In this document: positions 38,913 through 48,955 of the stretch, piece after piece
Layout: every line of letters begins with the position of its first letter
Position numbering within the stretch: position 1 is the stretch's first letter
Source of the DNA: Camelus dromedarius
Taxonomy: Eukaryota
Direction: 5' to 3'
Length of the DNA stretch: 64,000 nucleotides
Assembly: GCF_036321535.1 (NCBI RefSeq)
Contig: NC_087441.1
Coordinates: 18,662,001 to 18,726,000, forward strand
Program-made: the position numbers and the translations under genes
The notes under the pieces: model-generated
What the model saw: only the letters and a program-made list of their open reading frames with translations
The model's database searches: none
What the model was told of the DNA's origin: nothing

Positions 38913-39150
38913 TGAACCCGAGGGCCCATCACACCCGGTGACACAGCCAGAAGCCAGTGCTCAGCTCCAGCCATCAGTGGCCATGTGGGCATTCCAGTCC
39001 ATTGTTGGTAGGACTTCTGGTTTCTCAAAAGGAGCTGGAAAAGTGAGTTTATCTGTGTAATCTCCTGATATTTGTAATTTCCTAAAACATGGTGCCAGAG
39101 CTTGTCTATAGGCACACCGGATCCTCGGGCGACTGATTAGCAATCTGTCT
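38800..39150 (-). mobile_element. MER102 (hAT-Charlie) with an inserted (TG)n
   Basis: gctcagctccagcc...gccatgtgggc...aggacttctggtttctcaaaaggagctggaaa...aatctcctgatattt matches recalled MER102 antisense. Confidence 0.75.
38882..38911. repeat. (GT)15 microsatellite
   Basis: Seen directly. Confidence 0.98.
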
Positions 39151-39231
39151 CACAGGGCATAACACAGAGATGTGAAACATAAGATTAGTCAACAGTGAGT
39201 CCTCGGAGGGATTGAGGAACTCCGTGGAAGG

Positions 39232-39234
<3 letters not shown>

Positions 39235-39294
<60 letters not shown>
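39235..39294. repeat. (AC)30 perfect microsatellite
   Basis: Seen directly. Confidence 0.98.
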
Positions 39295-39297
<3 letters not shown>

Positions 39298-42200
39298 GGA
39301 ACATGACTGATTGCAAAAGACCAGCAGAGTCATTACACTTGCTCAGACCAAAACACAAAGGAGTCATACCAGAATCTTTTCCTTTCACTCAGTCCCCATC
39401 TCCAGTCCCATAAACCCCTATCATTTCCACCTCCAAAAACACATTCCAGAGGTGACCACTTCTTCTTATCACTATTGCTCCTAATCTCGCCCATGCCTCC
39501 AGTCCCAGGCCAACTGACTTCTTTCCTTCTGCATAAGAATCAGAATAACTCTAAAGTGCAGGTCACACCTGTCATGTCCCTGCTTTAACAGACTCCCACT
39601 ATAGGCAAATGCAACCCAAACTGCAAATAAGAGAGCCTGTGTGAGCTGGTCTCCGCCCTCTCCCTAGTCTAATTCTGTATTATTCTTCTCCTTCTTCAAT
39701 ACACTTAAATCACAACTATTTCCATCGTAAGTCAAGTTCTTCAGCAGCAGTAGGAACAGTAATAGAAAAAAAGCCTGTAAAAGACTGAATAAGAAAGTAA
39801 AATTTAGGACGTGCAGTCTGGAGTTCTTAAAAGGGTGAAATGCTAGTTCTTTGTCACTACAACAAACAAACCAGAGGCAGAACTGGGGCTTGGACTCGGG
39901 GTTCAAAAGACTGCCTCCTCTCTGTGTTGTGCTATGCTGACACTGACTGGCAAGTGGAGGGTGACGATCACAGTCCGCGCCCCACGGCACTCAGAATCCA
40001 CCCAGATGTCACCAAACCAGGACTAGCGTGGCGTCGTGAGCCCATCAAGGGGATTTATGAACGAGCTTGATTCTGCCAAATTTGCACCAAGTGACAAATA
40101 TAGTACAGCGACAGATTCTGTCCTGTGATTTACCTAATCCCACTATAAACAATCAAGTTATAACTGTGTATAATAAGAAGAGTGAAAAGACAACAGTTTT
40201 TAAATGCTTTCACCACTAACATGTCTGATGATGGTATCTTACAAATAATAAATTTGAGCCCTTTGATACTGTTGGATTGTTCTCTTATTTATTTATACCG
40301 TATCTATTTTCAAAACAGGATTTGAGGCAGTCTGCTCAGTTCAGTTTCTATCTCCACTGTTTACAGCATGCGTGTGTGTGTGAGCATGTGTCAGTCTAAT
40401 TTTGTGTGTGTCCTACATATGTATATATGGCATATATAGACATATACATACATATACCATAATATATTTGTATTCTTCTCAGATCAGTTTGGTGCCCCTG
40501 ATCACTTTTTAAATGATGCTCCAACATCTAATAACTTATTGTAAGTTTTGTAGTCTCTCTTTTTCAAGTGATTTTTTTTCAAGGGGTTAGTTATTATAAA
40601 AACTCAGAAAGAAATAAGTGATTTACTATTTCTTTAAATATTTTAAAAACCAGAATCTTTAATTTATGAACCCTAAATCTTAGCACTGATAAAAATGTGG
40701 CTCTTGTAATTCTTCACTTTCTTAAAAATTAATAATGTATCAGTGAGCACTCTGTACAGTGTCATTTTGGTTAATTATAATATGTTTACATGTAAATAGA
40801 TTCCTTTTAAGTATTTTACAACAAAAATGTACTTCTCTTGATGATGGAATTAAAGGTGGATTAAAAAATCTCTTTGGGTTTCTTCTCTTTTCTAATCTTC
40901 TGTAATGTGTATTATTGTATAAAATAAATACAGATTGTCTAAAAAGTGGTATCTCTAGTTAAAGTTAAGCAACTGATAAAATTAGGTTTATTACAATGAT
41001 AAAGCTTACACAATTATGCAGCCCCATGAGTGAAATGAAGAGGATGTGATCTTCAATGTCCACTTTATGATTCAACCCCATAGTGAAAGAGCCAAAGCAG
41101 AATTTCTTTTGACTGAGATGACAAAAAGCAAGACAAGTGCAATGAGATGCCTAAGGAGGTCATTAAACACCTTGACAAGGGGAAAGCAACAAAATGTTCC
41201 AAAATCACTTAAAGAATTAGTGAGTACATGGCTCTCGGACATTCTCCTGAAGAATTCATGGTGGTCAGCCAAAGTTCTTAAGGGTTGAACAAGATTCCAT
41301 TTGGAAGCTTTCTAGGAAGGAGGGAGAGAGGAGAGGAAGGAGAGAGAGAGGCTGCAGGAACAGATGGCTCAGGTAATCACACCTGCACCACATTAACTGC
41401 GGAGCAGTGATTCATGCAGTGATCACAGTGGAATCAAAGCAATGAATGTGCATCTACCTTAGAAATCACCAAAAAAAAAAAAACCTGTAAAACATAAGCT
41501 AAATCAAATAATAACAATCTTTCAGAGAACTGAAAGTCATACAGCATGTAACAGAATTTTCATCTTGATTTTGGTAAGCAAAGTAACTGAGACAGTGCTG
41601 AGAAACCTGAGATGGTAAGGGGCCACCTGCCGGCTGGTGCACCTGGCAGCCAGGGGCAGGGCCACCTGCACACTCCATGGACAAATAACTAGGAGAGGTC
41701 TGCAGGGTGAATAAACCCCGACTCCAAATGCCTCCCAGGCCCTGCAGGCCGACTCAATAAACAATGCAGCTCATTCCATATATGCACAACTGGCAAAGCA
41801 GGGGGAAATGTTTGAGAATGCAGTTCCTCAAAAGATAGGCTGCCATGGGACTAGGTTGAGGCATGAGTTAGGGCACTGGTAATGATTATGTAAAGGTAAA
41901 GAAAACACTTTCTTTGTTTAATAAAGGAGCGGCAGCTGCCCTGTCCCTTCCTTCTCCTTAGGGTGTCTCCTTCAAAACAAAATAGGCCCAATTTTTTGGT
42001 CAGGAATTAGATAAACCTACCTCCAACTTTTCAATGCAAGATAACAAAGACCTCAAAATTAACTCAGGAATCTCTCGGGAGGTGGACAGGAGACCAGCAC
42101 AAGGAGCATCCATCTTTCTCTCCAGGAGATAAACACTCATTGTTCTTTCTTCTACTTTACTATATATTTGTGTGAAATTTCTGTCCTGACTTTCTGGTTG

Positions 42201-43810
42201 TTCACAAATTGCCTGCATGAACCTAATCAAATGTAAATACTCAATAATAAATTGCGCTTTCTCTGTATTCTATGTTGAATAAAGGCCTTTTTGTTGACAG
42301 GATTTTCATTTCCCCAACAAATTATAAAAACAAAAATAGCAATGTCAACTCCCTCTACTTCCCACCCAGTCTGGCCCCCTCACAGTTGGATGGCCCACCC
42401 ACAGTGGATGGGTAGCTACCATTAATATTGGAGCTTAAGGCATGAACAGGAGAATATGGGTTCAGTGTCTCCCGGCCCTCTTTAACAGAAAGAGCTTCTT
42501 TGCCCCAAAACCACCACCTCTTCAACAATCCACTCTCTATAACTCACTGGTCCACACTGACTGAGACCTACCCATGCATATGCACCAGTCTCTGAGGGTA
42601 GAGACAATGGGGTCACACAGGCTGGATGCAAAAACACAAGGCAGGGGGCTCCATTAACCCCTTTCTAGGTGAAGGGTAATTTCCTTTGCTAATAAATAAA
42701 GGTAATTTCCTTTGTAATCTTCTCAGCAAATTAATCACAAAATTGATCATCCATTACAAAGACTTAGCATATAGTACCCAATTTGTTTAATGATTACAAA
42801 TATTAATAGGCTCAATTAAAATTATTATATTAAGTACTCAATATGTGTAAACACAGCATGTTAAATAATACTTATGGTTTTTTTTTTATTTTAGGGATCT
42901 TTAATTTATCCATAGTAACCAGGTGAAAGTCATTCTGCAAATATGCTTGGAACCAAAACAAACCCCCCCAAAAAATCAAACTGAATGAAAACAAACAACA
43001 AAAACAAACAAACTTACATAGCACGGCTAAAACATATCTGGAAGCTGTTTAGGAATATGAAATGTATTTTATTTGTTGCTATAGAGGTACTGGTGAATAG
43101 ATACAGATGGAAGATTCTCAAGGAACCATTTGAATGGTTATGGCCCCTAAAACCAATTAGTTGAGTCGCCATATACATATGCATGAAAATAAACCAATGG
43201 GAGACCCAGTGTGTAACTCTCCTGCTCAAATTTCTACTATAGATGCTTTTTACCATCACACAGGGACGCTTGCACAGTGTCCTCCACGATACTAACAAGA
43301 GGACTAAGCATGGGCTGCTTTTGCTGCACCCTCCTACACGTCTTTCCCACTCCTAATTTTGTGACCATCCACTTCCAACATGAACAAAGTTGAAAACAAA
43401 AGGACACTGAAAGCAATGTCCCACTGTCTCCAAATGGAACACATTGAAATAGCTATTCATACTGAAATTGTACAGAAACTGCTTCACAGATTTCCTCTCT
43501 TACATTCTATCAACTTAAAGTTCACGTTTGGAATAGTAACTAAATGAAAACTTGGCTCATCTTTGTCTTCAAAAAGGGAAAAGCAGAAATCTGCCCAAAC
43601 TAAAATTCAGCATTTTTAAGTTTGCCTATTTTGTACCTAACCTTTATTTGTTAAACGTCTCTTGAGAATCGCCATACCAAACTGATAAAACAGCTTCTGC
43701 AGTTCGTACGTCTCCACTCTGACAGATGAGCAGCTCTGAAAGTCAGCCAAGGAAACGCAGGCTCAAAGTCAGGACAAATTTCCCAAGACCGAAGCAAAGA
43801 GGCTTTCGCT

Positions 43811-43873
43811 GCCTCCCTTGGGAGACCAGCCCACTAACAAGCCTCCCTTGGGAGACCAGCCCACTAACAAGCC
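43811..43873. repeat. Perfect 30-bp tandem duplication (gcctcccttgggagaccagcccactaacaa x2, plus gcc)
   Basis: Units at 43811-43840 and 43841-43870 are identical. Confidence 0.97.
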
Positions 43874-44844
43874 AGAGGCTCTTAGCATTAGAGGGAACAA
43901 AAACACTCCAACTTTACCCACCAGACCATGGAATAAAGTTGGCTTAACGAGCCAATGCTTTTTTTCCATTTCTGCTTTAAAACACATGTATAGCACAGAT
44001 CAGGGATACCACCATTGGGGGGTACCTGAGAGAATTTTAATTTAGCATTCCTAAGTAATTGTAATCTCCTATAATGTTTCACAATAATCCCTCAATATTT
44101 CTTAGCAATATGAGGCAAGTAATTATGCTTAAGTGTGGTTTATAGCTAAAGAAATAAAAACCAAGTGACCTGAAAAAACTGGCTAGTAATTTGCCCCAGG
44201 TCATAAATAAATGAGCAGCATATCCAAGGGTAAGTGTTTAATTTCCTAACTCTTAGCTCCTTTAGATAATCATTTTCCTCTGAGCTCTTCATAACTTTTC
44301 AAAATTCAGCATTCATAAGTTATTCTACACTGTGTGACTGCTCAGGAAACCCAAACTCCAAAGCATTGAGGACCTGCAGCAAAACCAGTATGTATTTATA
44401 GTGAATGCTTTCTTAGCTCTCAAAAGATGGTTTCAACCCATATTACTCAATATTCTCAAGCTCTTTACCAAATCCCTGACCAAGAAATGAATTCAGCTGA
44501 TACTGTTTTACATCTCATTTTTCATCACTGTGAATTTAGTAGGTGGATCCTCTTTGAAGAATCCTATCCAGTAAATAAGAGAATCATATGTATTACGTTC
44601 AAATGGCGATTTAACAATCTTTCCAGCTCAATTCCAAGAAACCAGGTAAAAGTGGAAACTCTGCACAGCTGGATTTGTTTTTGTGAATAAATGTGGCAAA
44701 AGCCCTGATGCCCTCATATCCATGAAGTAACACAATTGATGCCATTCTGCGCTCAATCCCACACTCTGCTTCTGTCTCTTTCCAATACAACCACCTCCAG
44801 CTGGTTTAAGATTATATACTGTTAGGCATGTAAGTATATGTTTC

Positions 44845-45480
44845 TGTCACTGTCATTCGTTTATTTATTAAGCCTATAAATACTCACTGGGTGCTTACTA
44901 AATGCCAGAAGTTGTGCCAGTGAGCAAAATAGACAATCCCTCCACCCATGGAACAGACCACTGTCTAGGAGAGGAGAGACAAATATTTTGAGATGCAATT
45001 ATTTAAAGTACAATTACGATAAGTCCTTCAAAGGCTAACACTTTAAGAATATGGAGCTTATCTATCTTAGTCTGGGAGCTCAGAAAAGGTGTCCTTGGAA
45101 AAGTGACATTTAAGCTCAGGCAAGAAGGAGAAGCAGGAGTTGGCCAGGAAAAGACGGAGGAGGGAGCATGTGTAAAAGCCACGGGGAGGGCCACTGCGGT
45201 GGTGAGGGTATACTGAGGAGCCAGAGTAAAGTAAACTGAAATTAGAAGGAGATGGGAGGGGGCAACTATTTACAGTCCTGAAAGCCAAGTAAGAACAAAG
45301 GGCAGCCACTGAAAGATTTTACTGAAGAGAAAGGGGTATTGAAGCCGACACTTTAAGATAACTCCAGCTAGTCTGTAGAAAATGGAAGGAAGGAGATGCA
45401 TAAGGTGGATCGTGGGAAGGAAGAACCTTATAGATTATTACAATGGTCCACATGTTTAGGGATAACTTTCCAAAAATGGT
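44845..45480 (-). mobile_element. L2 fragment including the 3' end
   Basis: attcgtttattt...ctgggtgcttactaaatgccag...ggaaaagtgacatttaagctcagg... Confidence 0.75.
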
Positions 45481-48277
45481 AAAGCCATGACTCTCATATG
45501 AATGTAACATTAAAGTACATTTAAGACTTCAACTCAGTAATTAGTGAGGGAACCCAGTAAGATGTTACCACAAGGACAAAGAAAAATTCAGAAAACTACC
45601 TGTTTATATGCAAAAAAAGGAAAGCTGAAATAAATTTACAGCAAATGCAAAAACAAATCTATCCAAGGGGAGATAATCAATTACATTCCAGCTACGTGGT
45701 ATATTTATAGATAAGAATCATTCGCGTTATTATCTGTTTTCTACAGCTCCCTGGGTTGTACAGTAGCTCAAAGATAATGGAAGGTAGGTAACTCAGATGG
45801 CTGAGCTGACAGGACTCCCACCAATTTTTTTGTTCATCTTAAAAAGACTTTCACAATTATTACTAACTCAGATAATCATGACTTGGCAAAAGATGCCAGT
45901 AAAAATGGAGAAAAAATGGACAATATTGAATATGTATGGTACTAGAATCAACAAGACTTGGCATTTGAGACTTTGGCTAGGGAGGGGTCGAGAAGGACAT
46001 GCCTACAGAAGGAATTTATAACAAATTCCTAAACAGTAGAAGACGCCATCAGGATCTGTCTGGATTTCTCAGCATGGGGGCACTACTGCTCTGTAGAGGG
46101 ACTCATACTGCATGGAAGAAGCAGACTCAATCAACAGTTATATTTTAAAGTCCACCACAATATACCAAAGGACACGACTTTTAAAAGGTGCTAGCCTCTG
46201 GATTACCTAGTGACGCCAAGCCCAAGTACAACCTCACCCTAGCTCAGCAAGAGTTAAGTCTCTGGGAAGTCTGTGGAAATCTCCCAGTTTAGAACTCGGT
46301 TATTCCAGATCACCAGGGTGGAAGCAGCCTGACTCATGGACTTAAGACAGCCACAGTAAAGAAAAAAATATGACTGACGTTTAGTGTCACTACCATGAGC
46401 CCTCTTTCTCATTATATACAAATAGTCATAACTCCTTCGATAAATTTGCTCTAGGCCCATCCAAATCTCCTTCCAGACTTTGATTTCTTTAAGTAATCTG
46501 AAAGGAAATGTTTCCAGGATCAGCTCGGCTTTTGATATTTTTCTCCATGCAAAACAAGCTTTTAGAACTTGTTTACAGAACTGGACCTCTTACTAAAAAT
46601 GATAATATTATCTGGTCTTTTCATTGTCTTGGCAATAATTCCAAGCTTCCTGGGGCAAAGAATTTACATGGGACTTAAAGTCCTGGTTTAATATTACAAA
46701 ATAATATATCCATTATAAACGCAAAACTTTAAATATCATGCTCATTAAATAAACTGTTCTGGTATTACTGAACTTTGTGTTCAGGTCTTTTTAAAGATGT
46801 CAATGACCCAGGATAAACACTGAGATGTTTCTTGAGAGAATGTGGTTGGGTACATGACCCAAATGATCAATAGATACCGGGAACTGTCCAGTGGAAAAGA
46901 GGTCAAAGGATAATAACTGCAGTGAGGATATTTTTGAAGGTCGGAATGAAGAAGTGCTCGAGCAGCACCGCGTTCAAGGTTCAGCTCTGCATGCATGTTA
47001 TTTATCTTGCATGCATCAGTACTGGATGCAGACCTGGAGATGACACAGATCTACCGGGTGATGTTCCAGTTCAACAAGGTAATGTTATGTCTGAGCCAAA
47101 TTCCTAGCGAGACTGATAAGGTTAAACATTTTCAATTGTTCTTCCTCAACTGTCATCTCTGTTCTCCTACGTTCCCCCCTTTTGCATCCTATTATACTGT
47201 CTACCTCTCTCCATTCTCATAAATAGGAACAAAAGTAATTCTCCCAGTTTCAAATGTTCCCTAAACGTGGGTCTAGAGAGATTACAAAGCTTTCAAATCA
47301 ATCTTCAAAATCAGTTGTAAGGTAATTCTTCCCCAATGACTAAATTAAGCTGCTAAAAAGTAGGTCTGCTTAACTTGCTCTATCTAGAAAATGACCATAT
47401 TATCCTTAGTACTAACCAGGATGGATAATCTTACACACCTAAATACTCACGAGACCATTGGGATAAAATATCTCATAAAGAGACTTAGTTCCTAAAACTA
47501 TGTTGCCCAGAATCTGTCACTCGAAGATGGATACTTCAAAAGTTTTGAATAATGTTGAATCCAAAGCAGCCAGATTTTACCTGTGACTCCTAAACAGAAC
47601 AAATAAAAATTTACCAAAAAAATGAAAACAAAACCTATGTCTGCTTTGGAATAAACTTAGACATAAAACCACCAATTATGTAAGCATTTCTTTTTCTTGA
47701 CCTTTCTGCCACAGTCAGATAGTTTTCACATTCCTTACATTCTTAGAAGCAAGCTAAACTATCCCTCAACAAAAACTTGCAAAACCTAAAAATACACTGC
47801 AATCAAATAATCAACCATAAATAGTGGGAAGTGGAATAATTTTCAAACTGCCCTGCTACTCAAAGGAATCCTAAAACATTCCCATTTTGCCTCTAAGAAA
47901 TATCAGTGTTTATTTTCCAGACTTTTGCAATCTTCTCAAATAGAAACTTTTGAAATTTTTGAAGTTAAAATACCACAATGGGCTTTCTCTGAGAAACCTG
48001 TATTTTTCATCTTGCTACAGTGTAGTCCTATAACTCATTAACCTGAAAATTCTCCTCCCATCTCAGATTTAGAGGACAAAATTCCAACTTCAATAACCAA
48101 TGGATAATTATATTAGAACAAGTTTAAAAATAGCACTGCCAATGTTCTGCCCCTAAAAAAAATATTGATCAAAACATTGATCATGGTCCATCAGGTTAGA
48201 AATTCTGAGAAAGAACAGATCTTTGGGGAAAGTGAGGAAGCTCACACGAAAAGAACTAGAGGGCAGATAAACATTAT

Positions 48278-48440
48278 GGGGGAGGGTATAGCTCAGTGGT
48301 AGAGTGTGTGCTTAGCAGGCAGGAGGTCCTGGGTTCAGTCCCCAGTACTTCTATCAAATAAAATTAAATAAAAATAAACCTAATTACCCCCCCAAAAAAA
48401 CCCCCAAAAATAAAAAAAATTTTTTTTAAAAAACCCAAAA
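48278..48440 (+). mobile_element. tRNA-Ala-derived SINE (camelid-type)
   Basis: ggggagggtatagctcagtggtagagtgtgtgcttagcaggcaggaggtcctgggttcagtccccagtactt with Pol III A/B boxes, then taaacctaattaccccc and an A-rich tail shared with the copy at 37625-37768. Confidence 0.9.
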
Positions 48441-48893
48441 TTTTATTAGCTATACCCTCGAGTATGACAATTCCTAAATACTTCTGCACAAGGTAGAAAG
48501 GCCACCTGAATGATGCCAATTTGATTTTAACCAGGCAAAAATGAAATCATCATCTTTTTTAGCTAAGTGAACACAAAATTATCCCAATAAGATAGTCATT
48601 TCCTAAATGTACCCAGGGTTTAGAGTCCAAAGCAGTAGAATGTGAGCTTGGCATCTAAAGAATCCTAGGTAAAAATAAAGAACTGTTTACACCATGCTTA
48701 TACCATGAACTACCTACATCAGAATTTCCACTTAAATATATTATAGAGATAACAAAGGAAAAATAAATGTTATCTGCGCACTCAGATTTCTGTTGGGTCC
48801 CATTTCATGGGGAAAATTCACTGTACTTCCAAGCGAACTCTATCAACCAGAAGGAGGCATTGAGTCATCTAAATTTTTGAAAGGCTCTGTTAC

Positions 48894-48955
48894 CTTAGAA
48901 AATCGAGCATTTATCCATTTGGTAAAGGTTTTCTTCTGCACGTCATTGTGTTCAT
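48894..48955 (-). CDS. UTRN: UTRN exon 3 (62 nt), start of CH1: (D)[20 protein letters not shown]
   Basis: cag|ATGAACAC...TCTAAG|gtaaca; enters in phase 1, exits in phase 0. Confidence 0.97.

Noticed and set aside
46995-47083. Plus-strand exon-like segment (DADLEMTQIYRVMFQFNK, then AAG|GTAATG)
   Set aside because: No convincing acceptor, partner exons or recognisable protein; an antisense gene is unsupported.
48278-48352. tRNA-Ala-like sequence as a functional tRNA gene
   Set aside because: Substitutions disrupt the anticodon arm and T-loop, and it carries a SINE body and A-tail shared with a second copy, so it is a SINE.
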